Below are positions 1 through 14,015 of a stretch of 64,000 nucleotides of DNA, in pieces. The DNA comes from Macrostomum lignano (Eukaryota). The number at the start of each line of letters is the position of its first letter. Position 1 is the stretch's first letter. The notes beneath the pieces are model-generated. The model did no database searches and was not told the origin of the DNA. It saw nothing but the letters and a program-made list of their open reading frames with translations. The stretch lies in the NCBI GenBank assembly GCA_002269645.1, contig NIVC01000247.1:372001-436000 (forward strand), given 5' to 3'. The position numbers and the translations under genes were made by a program.

Positions 1-460
1 ATTTTCCGCCTCATTATCCGCTATAAAATCCGCCAGTAAATACCCCCCTAATTTCGCTCGTAAATCAATCCCTAAATTCACCTGTTAATTCGCCCCTGAA
101 TCCGCGCCTAAATCAGCCCCTAAATCCACCCTAAATCCACCCCTAAATCCGTTCCTAAATCCATCCCGAAATCCGCCCTTAAATCCATCCTCTGCCCCCC
201 TAAAGCCGCCCCTAAATCCAACATCTGCCCCCCAAATGCATCTCCCTATATCCGTCCCCTAAATATATCTCTAAATCAGCCCTGAATCAGCCCTGAATCA
301 GCCCTTAATCTGCCCCTGAATCAGCCCTGAATCAGCCCTTAATCTGCCCCTGAATCAGCCCTGAATCAGCCCTGAATCAGCTCTGAATCAGCCCTTAATC
401 TGCCCCTAAATCAGCCCTAAATGCAGCCCTGAATCCATCCCTAAAACACGCCCCAAATCG
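1..460. repeat. Degenerate 11-12-bp satellite (TGAATCAGCCC / TAAATCCGCCCC) in CELF intron 2
   Basis: Directly visible, and most regular at about 273-440. Confidence 0.85.
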
Positions 461-481
461 CCACAAGCAGCCGCTGCTCAC

Positions 482-564
482 CCCGGGCAGGGTTCGCTTC
501 TCATGCAGGCCGCCCTGGCACCTGATGGCCGACTCTCTCTGCAGGTAGGTGAGGAATGCACAGC
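482..564 (-). CDS. CELF: CELF3-6 coding exon 2 (RNP1 of RRM1); gene continues beyond the left edge
   Basis: Acceptor TTTTCTCCATTGCAG|GC and donor GGG|GTGAGC. The 83-nt exon gives (G)[27 protein letters not shown], in phase with exon 1 and continuing the CELF RRM1 (KGCAFLTY...LHEQKTLPG). It is not in the supplied ORF track. Intron 1 spans 565-15509. Confidence 0.92.
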
Positions 565-1079
565 CTGCAATGGAGAAAAATAAACGAGACTTCAGACACT
601 TTCAATTGGATCTTCAGCAACTTGCTGAAACAAGGTAAAAAGCAGAAAAATTTCAAAGCAGAAACGCTATTTTGAATTTCCAGAGTCCCCCCGCACCGAT
701 CAATTGTTTTGCTTTTCCGAGACGTTTTTTTTCCTGAGACTGCAGCTGCATTGTTGCGCTACGGGCCTGGCTTGAAAGCGAAGTAGTTTTTTCATAGAAA
801 AATACCCGATCCGCTGGGGACTGCAGAGAGGATACACAAAGGGCCAAGGGAAATCGAAGAACAGCCTCTGAGGCTGACAAAGCAAATGAGAGAGGCAAAT
901 GCTTCGCTTTCATTATTTCTACTAATAGAAACCAATTGAAGCGTTGAAGCTCTAAATGGTGGGAGTGGGGCGAAATTCTGCTACTGACTGCACTGCCGCT
1001 TGCTGCCTCTGCTCCTGGAACAGACGATTTAACAACCGTAATGCAACTCTTGTTTGAACTGCTCACTCTAAATCTCTGT

Positions 1080-4000
1080 GCCACTCTCTCCCTTATCTCT
1101 TCACTCTCTCCATCTCACCCATCCATCTCACTCTCCCTCTCACTCAATCTCACTCTCCCTCTCACTCCATCTCACTCTCTCTCTCACTCTATCTCATTCT
1201 CCCTCTCACTCCATCTCACTCTCCCTCTCACTCCCTCTCACTCTCCGTCTCGCTCCATCTCACTCTCCCTCTCGCTCCATCTCACTCTCCCTCTCACTCC
1301 CTCTCACTCTTCCTCTCGCTCCATCTCACTCTCCCTCTCGCTCCATCTCAGTCTCCCTCTCACTCTATCTCATTCTCCCTCTCATTCCATCTCACTCTCC
1401 CTCTCACTCCCTCTCACTCTTCCTCTCACTCCATCTCACTCTCCCTCTCACTCCATCTCACTCTTCCTCTCACTCCCTCTCACTCTCCCTCTCGCTCCAT
1501 CTCACTCTCCCTCTCACTCCATCTCACTCTCCCTCTCACTCCATCTCACTCTCTCTCTCACTCTATCTCATTCTCCCTCTCACTCCATCTCACTCTCCCT
1601 CTCACTCCCTCTCACTCTTCCTCTCGCTCCATCTCACTCTCCCTCTCGCTCCATCTCAGTCTCCCTCTCACTCTATCTCATTCTCCCTCTTACTCCATCT
1701 CACTCTCTCTCTCACTCTATCTCATTCTCCCTCTCACTCCATCTCACTCTCCCTCTCACTCCCTCTCACTCTCCCTCTCGCTCCATCTCACTCTCCCTCT
1801 CGCTCCATCTCACTCTCCCTCTCGCTCCATCTCACTCTCCCTCTCACTCCATCTCACTCTCCCTCTCACTCCATCTCACTCTCCATCTCACCCATCCATC
1901 TCACTCTCCCTCTCACTCAATCTCACGCTCCTTCTCGCTCCATCTCACTCTCCCTCTCGCTCCCTCTCATTCTCCCTCTCACTCCATCTCACTCTCCCTC
2001 TCACTCCATCTCACTCTCCCTCTCACTCCCTCTCACTCTCGCTCTCGCTCCATCTCACTCTCCCTCTCGCTCCATCTCACTCTCCCTCTCACTCCCTCTC
2101 ACTCTTCCTCTCGCTCCATCTCATTCTCCCTCTCACTCCATCTCACTCTCCCTCTCACTCCCTCTCACTCTTCCTCTCGCTCCATCTCACTCTCCCTCTC
2201 GCTCCATCTCAGTCTCCCTCTCACTCTATCTCATTCTCCCTCTCATTCCATCTCACTCTCCCTCTCACTCCCTCTCACTCTTCCTCTCACTCCATCTCAC
2301 TCTCTCTCTCACTCTATCTCATTCTCCCTCTCACTCCATCTCACTCTCCCTCTCGCTCCATCTCAGTCTCCCTCTCACTCTATCTCATTCTCCCTCTCAT
2401 TCCATCTCACTCTCCCTCTCACTCCCTCTCACTCTTCCTCTCGCTCCATCTCACTCTCCCTCTCGCTCCATCTCACTCTCCCTCTCACTCCATCTCACTC
2501 TCCCTCTCACTCAATCTCACGCTCCTTCTCGCTCCATCTCACTCTCCCTCTCATTCCATCTCACTCTCCCTCTTGCTCCATCTCACTCTCCATCTCACTC
2601 CATCTCTCTCTCCCTCTCACTCAATCTCACTCTCCCTCTCGCTCCATCTCACTCTCCCTCCAACTCCATCTCACTCTCCCTCTCGCTCCATCTCACTCTC
2701 CCTCTCGCTCCATCTCACTCTCCATCTCACCCATCCATCTCACTCTCCCTCTCACTCAATCTCACGCTCCTTCTCGCTCCATCTCACTCTCCCTCTCACT
2801 CCATCTCACTCTCCCTCTCACTCAATCTCACGCTCCTTCTCGCTCCATCTCACTCTCCCTCTCATTCCATCTCACTCTTCCTCTCGCTCCATCTCACTCT
2901 CCCTCTCGCTCCATCTCTCTCTCCCTCTCACTCAATCTCACTCTCCCTCTCGCTCCATCTCACTCTCCCTCCAACTCCATCTCACTCTCCCTCTCGCTCC
3001 ATCTCACTCTCCCTCTCGCTCCATCTCACTCTCCATCTCACCCATCCATCTCACTCTCCCTCTCACTCAATCTCACGCTCCTTCTCGCTCCATCTCACTC
3101 TCCCTCTCGCTCCATCTCACTCTCCCTCTCACTCCATCTCACTCTCCCTCTCACTCCATCTCACTCTCCCTCTCACTCCCTCTCACTCTCCCTCTCGCTC
3201 CATCTCACTCTCCCTCTCGCTCCATCTCACTCTCCCTCTCACTCCATCTCACTCTCTCTCTCACTCTATCTCATTCTCCCTCTCACTCCATCTCACTCTC
3301 CCTCTCACTCCCTCTCACTCTTCCTCTCGCTCCATCTCACTCTCCCTCTCGCTCCATCTCAGTCTCCCTCTCACTCTATCTCATTCTCCCTCCCATTCCA
3401 TCTCACTCTCCCTCTCACTCCCTCTCACTCTTCCTCTCACTCCATCTCACTCTCCCTCTCACTCCCTCTCACTCTCCCTTTCGCTCCATCTCACTCTCCC
3501 TCTCACTCCATCTCACTCTCCCTCTCACTCCATCTCACTCTCCCTCTCACTCTATCTCATTCTCCCTCTCACTCCATCTCACTCTCCCTCTCACTCCCTC
3601 TCACTCTTCCTCTCGCTCCATCTCACTCTCCCTCTCGCTCCATCTCAGTCTCCCTCTCACTCTATCTCATTCTCCCTCTCATTCCATCTCACTCTCCCTC
3701 TCACTCCCTCTCACTCTTCCTCCCACTCCATCTCACTCTCTCTCTCACTCTATCTCATTCTCCCTCTCACTCAATCTCACTCTCCCTCTCGCTCCATCTC
3801 ACTCTCCCTCCAACTCCATTTCACTCTCCCTCTCGCTCCATCTCACTCTCCCTCTCGCTCCATCTCACTCTCCATCTCACCCATCCATCTCACTCTCCCT
3901 CTCACTCAATCTCACGCTCCTTCTCGCTCCATCTCACTCTCCCTCTCGCTCCATCTCACTCTCCCTCTCGCTCCATCTCACTCTCCCTCTCGCTCCATCT

Positions 4001-4242
4001 CACTCTCCCTCTCACTCTATCTCATTCTCCCTCTCACTCCATCTCACTCTCCCTCTCACTCCCTCTCACTCTTTCTCTCACTCCATCTCATTCTCTCTCT
4101 CTCACTCTATCTCATTCTCCCTCTCACTCCATCTCACTCTCCCTCTCACTCCCTCTCACTCTTCCTCTCACTCCATCTCACTCTCCCTCTCACTCCATCT
4201 CACTCTCCCTCTCACTCCATCTCACTCTCCCTCTCACTCCAT
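1080..4242. repeat. About 3.2-kb pyrimidine-rich 22-bp satellite (CTCCATCTCACTCTCCCTCTCA)
   Basis: Almost all C/T/A on the plus strand. It explains the artefactual Ser/Leu/His ORFs. Confidence 0.95.
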
Positions 4243-4548
4243 CACTCAGATGAAATGGCGCCGCACTCAGATGAAATGGCGCCGCACTCAGATGAAATGG
4301 CGCCCCACTCAAATGAAATGGCGCCCCACTCAAATGAAATGGCGCCCCACTCAAATGAAATGGCGCCCCACTCAAATGAAATGGCGCCCCAGTCAAATGA
4401 AATGGCGCCCCACTCAAATGAAATGGCGCCCCACTCAAATGAAATGGCGCCCCACTCAAATGAAATGGCGCTCCACTCAAATGAAAGGCGCCCCACTCAA
4501 ATGAAATGGTGCTCCACTCAAATGAAATGGCGCCCCACTCAGATGAAA
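4243..4548. repeat. 21-bp minisatellite CACTCAAATGAAATGGCGCCC, about 14 copies
   Basis: Directly visible. Confidence 0.95.
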
Positions 4549-5144
4549 GACCCTGGCTTCGCTCGGATATTTTGCCCCTTAATCTCCATGTTTTCATTGT
4601 CTGTGGACTTATTTTGCAGCTTTAAACCCAGCTTTATTGGGCAATTCCCCATCTCCCTCTCCTACTTCTCTACTCAGGGGAGGCAGCTGCAGAGCGGCAG
4701 TCCGCTACACCTCCTTCGCTGCTCCCGAACAAAAATCTATTTTTCAGCGCCAGATTTTTTTCAAAAGTGGAAATTTCATTTCCTGAACCGCTGGGAGAAG
4801 GCTCGACTCGACCTTCGAGGCCTCGAGATCCCAGCGGCACGAAATGGGACGAGGAGACAGATGAAGCAGATTAAGACTGATGAAGCTGCTAGCGGCGGCA
4901 GGATTCTGGGCCCGATGCCAGCTCTCTTCATCCTTTACTCTTCCTTCCCGTATTTTCCCAATTTTCCCCAGTGCCTCCCCTGTCGGGAGCGGGGTATACA
5001 TTTTAATTAATATTCAATTGGCGCTCAGCCCCAGTGTGATCAGGGTTTTCATCAAGCCTGGGAGAGACGCTAGGATGCAGCCTTCCTTTTTTGGTTATTT
5101 TAGTTGGCTTGCAGATTTTCTCCTATCTGATTTGAGCACTCGCT

Positions 5145-5293
5145 AATGAGCTGGCAAATGAGCTGGAAAATGAGCTGTCAAATGAGCTGTTAAATGAGCT
5201 ATTAAATGAGCTGTCAAATGAGCTGGCAAATGAGCTGTCAAATGAGCTGGCAAATGAGCTGTCAAATGAGCTGGCAAATGAGCTGGCAAATGA
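5145..5293. repeat. 12-bp repeat AATGAGCTG(G/T)CA, about 12 copies
   Basis: Directly visible. Confidence 0.95.
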
Positions 5294-5424
5294 TGGGTCT
5301 GAAAAACGATTTAATCCAACCACGACAGAGCAGTTAACAAACTCTAAATTGAGCATCTAGTTCTAGTTCTTAAATAATTTGGTTTAAATAAAACCATAGG
5401 TTAAAATACCTGTTTGAAGACACC

Positions 5425-8400
5425 GGTAAAAATTCCCGGTTCAAAACACACAGGTGAAAATACCCGGTTCAATATACACAGGTGAAAATACCCGGTTCAA
5501 AACACACAGGCGAAAATACCCGATTCAAAACACACAGGTGAAAATACCCGGTTCAAAACACACAGGTGAAAATACCCGGTTCAATATACACAGGTGAAAA
5601 TACCCGGTTCAATATACACAGGTGAAAATACCCGGTTCAATATACACAGGTGAAAATACCCGGTTCAATATACACAGGTGAAAATACCCGGTCCAAAACA
5701 CACAGGCGAAAATACCCGATTCAAAACACACAGGTGAAAATACCCGGTTCAAAACACACAGGTGAAAATACCCGGTTCAAAACACACAGGTGAAAATACC
5801 CGGTTCAATATACACAGGTGAAAATACCCGGTTCAATATACACAGGTGAAAATACCCGGTTCAAAACACACAGGCGAAAATACCCGATTCAAAACACACA
5901 GGTGAAAATACCCGGTTCAAAACACACAGGTGAAAATACCCGGTTCAAAACACACAGGCGAAAATACCCGGTTCAAAACACACAGGTGAAAATACCCGGT
6001 TCAATATACACAGGTGAAAATACCCGGTTCAATATACACAGGTGAAAATACCCGGTCCAAAACACACAGGCGAAAATACCCGGTTCAAAACACACAGGTG
6101 AAAATACCCGGTTCAAAACACACAGGTGAAAATACCCGGTTCAAAACACACAGGCGAAAATACCCGGTTCAAAACACACAGGTGAAAATACCCGGTTCAA
6201 TATACACAGGTGAAAATACCCGGTTCAATATACACAGGTGAAAATACCCGGTCCAAAACACACAGGCGAAAATACCCGGTTCAAAACACACAGGTGAAAA
6301 TACCCGGTTCAAAACACACAGGTGAAAATACCCGGTTCAAAACACACAGGCGAAAATACCCGGTTCAAAACACACAGGTGAAAATACCCGGTTCAATATA
6401 CACAGGTGAAAATACCCGGTTCAATATACACAGGTGAAAATACCCGGTCCAAAACACACAGGCGAAAATACCCGATTCAAAACACACAGGTGAAAATACC
6501 CGGTTCAAAACACACAGGTGAAAATACCCGGTTCAAAACACACAGGTGAAAATACCCGGTTCAAAACACACAGGTGAAAATACCCGGTTCAATATACACA
6601 GGTGAAAATTCCCGGTTAAAAACACACAGGTGAAAATACCCGGTTCAATATACACAGGTGAAAATACCCGGTTCACAACACACAGGTGAAAATACCCGGT
6701 TCACAACAAACAGGTGAAAATACCCGGTTCAAGACACACAGGTGAAAATACCCGGTTCAATATACACAGGTGAAAATACCCGGTTCACAACAAACAGGTG
6801 AAAATACCCGGTTCAAGACACACAGGTGAAAATACCCGGTTCACAACACACAGGTGAAAATACCCGGTTCACAACACACAGGTGAAAATACCCGGTTCAC
6901 AACACAAAGGTGAAAATACCCGGTTCACAACACACAGGTGAAAATACCCGATTCAAAACACACAGGTAAAAATACCCGGTTCAATATACACAGGTGAAAA
7001 TACCCGGTTCAATATACACAGGTGAAAATACCCGGTTCAAAACACACAGGCGAAAATACCCGATTCAAAACACACAGGTGAAAATACCCGGTTCAAAACA
7101 CACAGGTGAAAATACCCGGTTCAAAACACACAGGTGAAAATACCCGGTTCAAAACACACTGGTGAAAATACCCGGTTCAATATACACAGGTGAAAATACC
7201 CGGTTCAATATACACAGGTGAAAATACCCGGTCCAAAACACACAGGCGAAAATACCCGATTCAAAACACACAGGTGAAAATACCCGGTTCAAAACACACA
7301 GGTGAAAATACCCGGTTCAATATACACAGGTGAAAATACCCGGTTCACAACACACAGGTGAAAATACCCGGTTCAAAACACACAGGTGAAAATACCCGAT
7401 TCAAAATACACAGGTGAAAATACCCGGTTAAAAACACACAGGTGAAAATACCCGGTTCAATATACACAGGTGAAAATACCCGGTTCAAAACACACAGGTG
7501 AAAATACCCGGTTCAAAACACACAGGTGAAAATACCCGGTTCAAAACACACAGGCGAAAATACCCGATTCAAAATACACAGGTGAAAATACCCGGTTCAA
7601 AACACACAGGTGAAAATACCCGATTCAAAACACACAGGTGAAAATACCCGATTCAAAATACACAGGTGAAAATACCCGATTCAAAACACACAGGTGAAAA
7701 TACCCGGTTCAAAACACACAGGTGAAAATACCCGATTCAAAATACACAGGTGAAAATACCCGGTTCAATATACACAGGTGAAAATACCCGGTTCAAAACA
7801 CACAGGCGAAAATACCCGGTTCAAAACACACAGGTGAAAATACCCGGTTCAATATACACAGGTGAAAATACCCGGTTCAATATACACAGGTGAAAATACC
7901 CGGTCCAAAACACACAGGCGAAAATACCCGATTCAAAACACACAGGTGAAAATACCCGGTTCAAAACACACAGGTGAAAATACCCGGTTCAAAACACACA
8001 GGTGAAAATACCCGGTTCAAAACACACAGGTGAAAATACCCGGTTCAATATACACAGGTGAAAATTCCCGGTTAAAAACACACAGGTGAAAATACCCGGT
8101 TCAATATACACAGGTGAAAATACCCGGTTCACAACACACAGGTGAAAATACCCGGTTCACAACAAACAGGTGAAAATACCCGGTTCAAGACACACAGGTG
8201 AAAATACCCGGTTCAATATACACAGGTGAAAATACCCGGTTCACAACAAACAGGTGAAAATACCCGGTTCAAGACACACAGGTGAAAATACCCGGTTCAC
8301 AACACACAGGTGAAAATACCCGGTTCACAACACACAGGCGAAAATACCCGATTCAAAACACACAGGTGAAAATACCCGGTTCAAAACACACAGGTGAAAA

Positions 8401-9592
8401 TACCCGGTTCAAAACACACAGGTGAAAATACCCGGTTCAAAACACACAGGTGAAAATACCCGGTTCAATATACACAGGTGAAAATTCCCGGTTAAAAACA
8501 CACAGGTGAAAATACCCGGTTCAATATACACAGGTGAAAATACCCGGTTCACAACACACAGGTGAAAATACCCGGTTCACAACAAACAGGTGAAAATACC
8601 CGGTTCAAGACACACAGGTGAAAATACCCGGTTCAATATACACAGGTGAAAATACCCGGTTCACAACAAACAGGTGAAAATACCCGGTTCAAGACACACA
8701 GGTGAAAATACCCGGTTCACAACACACAGGTGAAAATACCCGGTTCACAACACACAGGTGAAAATACCCGGTTCACAACACAAAGGTGAAAATACCCGGT
8801 TCACAACACACAGGTGAAAATACCCGATTCAAAACACACAGGTGAAAATACCCGGTTCAATATACACAGGTGAAAATACCCGGTTCAATATACACAGGTG
8901 AAAATACCCGGTTCAAAACACACAGGCGAAAATACCCGATTCAAAACACACAGGTGAAAATACCCGGTTCAAAACACACAGGTGAAAATACCCGGTTCAA
9001 AACACACAGGTGAAAATACCCGGTTCAAAACACACTGGTGAAAATACCCGGTTCAATATACACAGGTGAAAATACCCGGTTCAATATACACAGGTGAAAA
9101 TACCCGGTCCAAAACACACAGGCGAAAATACCCGATTCAAAACACACAGGTGAAAATACCCGGTTCAAAACACACAGGTGAAAATACCCGGTTCAATATA
9201 CACAGGTGAAAATACCCGGTTCACAACACACAGGTGAAAATACCCGGTTCAAAACACACAGGTGAAAATACCCGATTCAAAATACACAGGTGAAAATACC
9301 CGGTTAAAAACACACAGGTGAAAATACCCGGTTCAATATACACAGGTGAAAATACCCGGTTCAAAACACACAGGTGAAAATACCCGGTTCAAAACACACA
9401 GGTGAAAATACCCGGTTCAAAACACACAGGTGAAAATACCCGGTTCAATATACACAGGTGAAAATTCCCGGTTAAAAACACACAGGTGAAAATACCCGGT
9501 TCAAAACACACAGACGAAAATACCCGGTTCAATATACACAGGTGAAAATACCCGGTTCACAACAAACAGGTGAAAATACCCGGTTCAAAACA
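5425..9592. repeat. 28-bp satellite ACACACAGGTGAAAATACCCGGTTCAAA, about 148 copies, with higher-order structure
   Basis: Contiguous units with no unique spacers; variant units recur at 196-, 420- and 1876-bp offsets. Confidence 0.97.
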
Positions 9593-10665
9593 CCGGTTTG
9601 AAAGGCAGATTAAATCTGCGACGTTATGACAGGTTGTTAAAAAAGAATTCGTGGCTAGAGAGATTGCCAAACAGAGCTTAATAAACAAGATGGCAGATTT
9701 AATCAATAATTTTCAGACACGTCTCAACAAACCAGAGCCGGGGCAGTCGCAGGAATGCTAATGAAGCACCTGTTGCCGCTTGCTGTGAGGATTTGCGACT
9801 GCTAACAATCACAAGCAGGCTTTAATCCCATCTCACCCGCTGACAGCCCAGCCATCTGTGCTGGGAATTGCAAACGAGTTCATTTATTCTCTGCCATAAA
9901 TATATTTAAGTCACGGATAATATTCGGCATGACTCGATGAGCCTCTTGTTTAGGGATTTCTCCCTTATTTCCAGGTGATAAAAGACGCACGAGAGACAGG
10001 GGGGACGCAGTTCGTGTCCCGGATTGAATTTGGCCACTTGCTCTCTGTCTCCATCCTGCCGAGTAGGAAACGTGTGAAATACTCACTGTCAGCCCTGAGA
10101 AATAAAAAAGTTTTTAAGCTACGATTTTCCAGCCTCAGCAATATCTCCCTGGGCTAGCTGCTCCGCTCAGTCTGAGCTGTCCTCAGCAGCTCCCAGTCAG
10201 AAGATGCATTAGGGACCCCCCTGTGACCCCCATTGGCAAATATTTGCCCTGCCCCATCTTCCACTTTAGTCTGGGAAAAAGAAAAACTCCTCTGACTTCG
10301 TTTTGGCTGCTGGTGAAACTGCGGAAGGCTCTCAGTCATATTCTGTCCGCCCCATCAGTGCTGCTCAGAGCTTCTGCGGCTTCAGGGGCCGTCTGCCGGC
10401 TAGTTCTCACAGCTGCCTCTGCAAGATTATCTGGCAAATCAACCTTTAGTTGAAAGCGATAAGAAATCCGCCAGGATGCCAGGTGAATTTCGACAGCTGC
10501 TGAAATTTAGCACTGCACAGCTCTGAGGCAGCTGGGGCTTCCGGCATCTCAACAGCTGCGGAGTCCGGGGATGCTCTTGAACTCGGATTTATAGCCCTCT
10601 GGTCTGCTCAAAACACCTGCTAGTGATAACTTGTACCTTAGCACCATTGTCGCGGTTCCTATCCG

Positions 10666-11150
10666 TCCCCTCTCTCCCCTCTCCCCTCTCCCCTCTCGCC
10701 TCTTACCTTTCCCCTCTCCCCTCTCGCCTTTTACCTTTCCCCTCTCCCCTCTCCCCTCTTACCTTTCCCCTCTCCACTCTCCCCTCTCCACTCTCCCCTC
10801 TCCCCTCTTACCTTTCCCCTCTCCCCTCTCCCCTCTCCCCTCTCCCCTCTTTCCTTTCCCCTCTCCCCTCTCCCCTCTTACCTTTCCCCTCTCCCCTCTC
10901 CCCTCTCCCCTCTTACCTTTCCCCTCTCCCCTCTCCCCTCTTACCTTTCCCCTCTCCCCTCTCCCCTCTTACCTTTCCCCTCTCCCCTCTCCCCTCTCCC
11001 CTCTTACCTTTCCCCTCTCCCCTCTCGCCTCTTACCTTTCCCCTCTCTCCTCTCCCCTCTCCCCTCTTACCTTTCCCCTCTCCCCTCTCCCCTCTTACCT
11101 TTCCCCTTTCATCTCTCCCCTCACCCCTCTCCCCTCTCCCCCTATCTCTC
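10666..11150. repeat. CCCCTCT / CCCCTCTTACCTTT pyrimidine repeat
   Basis: Directly visible. Confidence 0.9.
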
Positions 11151-11679
11151 CTTTCTCTCGCCTCGCTCCAACTCTTCCTCTCTACTCACTCGCAGCCTCT
11201 TTTTTACCTCTTCTTCAACTCTAGTAATATCGACCATGTCCTCATCGCATTCACCAATATTTTGCCAATTCACTAAATTAATTTCATAAGAAAAAAGCAT
11301 CTTTGACATTCTAAGAAAACCCCAGCTAATTATTTTAATTAACAAATTTTCTCTAATCACGCTAAAACGCGCAGCAATCATTCTTACATTGTCAGATGCT
11401 TACATTGTCAGATGGAACAAAAAATTTATTACTCAAGATTGAATTGCGAGAATTCTAGCTGGGAGCCCTGTTTCAGTATCTGTGATGGTAGATTAAATTG
11501 ATTTTTTTCACTTTTCTCGATTAGGAAAACTGCCACGCCCAGAGCAGGGAATTTGATGAAAGCCTAAATTAATGAATTGTAACTGCATGTCATGACCACG
11601 ATACAAGACATTGCAGCTCAAGCATAACGGCCTTGTTCCATTTAATTTTTTGCTTGCAGCGACAAAGCAATTACGTGAA

Positions 11680-12127
11680 TCTTAGATCCCAGATCCTAGA
11701 TCCCAGATCCTAGATCCCAGATCCTAGATCCCAGATCCTAGATCCCAGATCCTAGATCCCAGATCCTAGATCCCAGATCCTAGATCCCAGATCCTAGATC
11801 CCAGATCCTAGATCCCAGATCCTAGATCCCAGATCCTAGATCCCAGATCCTAGATCCCAGATCCTAGATCCCAGATCCTAGATCCCAGATCCTAGATCCC
11901 AGATCCTAGATCCCAGATCCTAGATCCCAGATCCTAGATCCCAGATCCTAGATCCCAGATCCTAGATCCCAGATCCTAGATCCCAGATCCTAGATTCCAG
12001 ATCCTAGATCCCAGATCCTAGATCCCAGATCCTAGATCCCAGATCCTAGATCCCAGATCCTAGATCCCAGATCCTAGATCCCAGATCCTAGATCCCAGAT
12101 CCTAGATCCCAGATCCTAGATCCCAGA
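11680..12127. repeat. Near-perfect 14-bp repeat TCCCAGATCCTAGA, about 32 copies
   Basis: Made of alternating 7-mers, with one variant near 11995. Confidence 0.97.
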
Positions 12128-12391
12128 TTTTAGACTGGTAATATCTCCTTATCTTTTTCGTTGATTAATAAGTAAAGAAGTTGGTTTGCCAGATTTCAGT
12201 GCTCTCTCTAGCTGCTTTTGTAGCAGCCAGTGGCTTTAATTTTTATAGAAAAGCTCATTTCCTGTTTTTTTACTGGGTCTCCTTTTATAAGAAATTATTA
12301 GGTCAAAAAATGAGGCTGGTAAGATGCGTACGCACCTGTAGGTTTGGGTATGCATTCAACTAATACAGGGTCACCTGAGACAGTACGTCTG

Positions 12392-12614
<223 letters not shown>

Positions 12615-13679
12615 TATCAGGACTGTAGGTGTAATATACTCGTACAGGACCGAGAATTAGATATATCTAGGATGAAGGAAGAGAGAATCTGAGATGAAGG
12701 AAGAGACTCTGGGAGAAGACAGGACAGAATAGAACACCGGAAGGAATCCGAGATGCAAGCAGAGACAATGAAGGCCGCAAGCAGGACTCAGTAAAACCAG
12801 GAAGCCATTGCTAGACACGGAAGAGGTATTAATTTTACAATGAGATTAAAGCAGGCTCCCCCAAGGTGACTCGGATGGCAATTTCTGCTTGGCAAAGCTG
12901 AAACGAGAAGCAGAATTTGTTTGAATCCTTTTGAAACCCAAGCCAGCCAGGATCCCCTCTGCCTTAAAAAAGCCGCCAGCCCACTTTATCCAGTGCGCAG
13001 CGTCAGGTGCCCAAAACGAGCATCGGAGAAGACAGAAATACATCATCAGGCGAGGCTCATTGCGCTGAATTTCAGCTTCTGACGGCTGACTCGCCTGCCT
13101 GACTCGGTCGGGGCCGGCTCCGGGGGAACTGATTGAGACCCGATCTGCAGGCAGGTGAAAGCTGAGCAGCATTCTGCTTTCTGCTCAGCACTGCCCTCCC
13201 CCTTTCCAGCCTCCCAAGGCGCATTAATTTTAATTTCCTACTGAAAAGCTCGCGTCTCGGCTGCTGCAGTCTTCATTTTCCACTCTGCCTGTCGTTTTGT
13301 TCTCGCTGGTCTTTCTGGTTCAAAGGGTCAATAATAATAATAATAATAGTAGTAATAATCATATTAATTGCAGGAGGACAGTTGGAACCATGGCGCAACA
13401 TCTCCGGCGAAATCCTCCAACAACCAACGCTCATTCTGCTGATCCTCACGGCTCTGAATCACAAGAAAAACCTCTGACCGATTTCCGTGCACACAAGCCT
13501 CAACTTAATCTGGCCTCTCACGGGATCAGGGGTCGTGTGGAGCAAGAGTCGGGCGCCTTTACCGCCAAAGCTGCTCTGCCAAAGGCTTCTGATGAATGTT
13601 TTGTTGCTATGTGAGTTTGTTTTCTTTTTTCTTGGGTTCTGCTTCGTGCTTATAATTTCAGCCCTATTTCAGCTATTTT

Positions 13680-14015
13680 CTCCACCTTTTCTTCCCTCTC
13701 TTCTCAACTCACTCCTCTCTCCTCCCCTCTTCTCTCCTCCCTACTCTCAGTTTCTCCTCTCCTCTCTCCTCCCCACTCTCCTCTCTCCTTTCCTCTCTGC
13801 TCCCCTCTCTCCCCTCTCTTCTCAACTCTCTTATCAACTCTCTCCTCTCTCCTCTCCTTTCTCCTCCCCTCTCTCCTCCTCTCTCTTCTCCCCTCTCTCC
13901 CCTCTCTTTTCAACTCTCTCCTCTCTCCTCTCCTTTCTCCTCTCCTCTCCCCTCCCCTCTCTTCTCCCCTCTCTTCTCTCTTTTTCTCTCTCTCCTCTCC
14001 CCTCCTCTCCTCCCC
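13680..14015. repeat. CT-rich low-complexity tract
   Basis: Directly visible. Confidence 0.85.

Noticed and set aside
653-1084. Minus-strand ORF with C2-domain-like LLVEIMKAKHLP
   Set aside because: The resemblance is only a few residues, there are no supporting splice sites, and it lies in the intron just upstream of the true CELF exon 2.
1041-5010. Giant Ser/Leu/His/Pro ORFs (1070, 1310 and 643 aa)
   Set aside because: All three frames are open only because the CT-rich 22-mer lacks stop codons. They start at non-ATG codons and lie antisense within CELF intron 1.
5425-9592. 28-bp repeat as a CRISPR array
   Set aside because: Units are contiguous with no unique spacers, there are no cas genes, and the context is eukaryotic. 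The same applies to the 25-33-bp arrays elsewhere.
12630-12839. TGTAA...TTACA-bounded 210-bp segment as a solo LTR
   Set aside because: Only a 5-bp terminal match, with no target-site duplication and no poly(A) signal.
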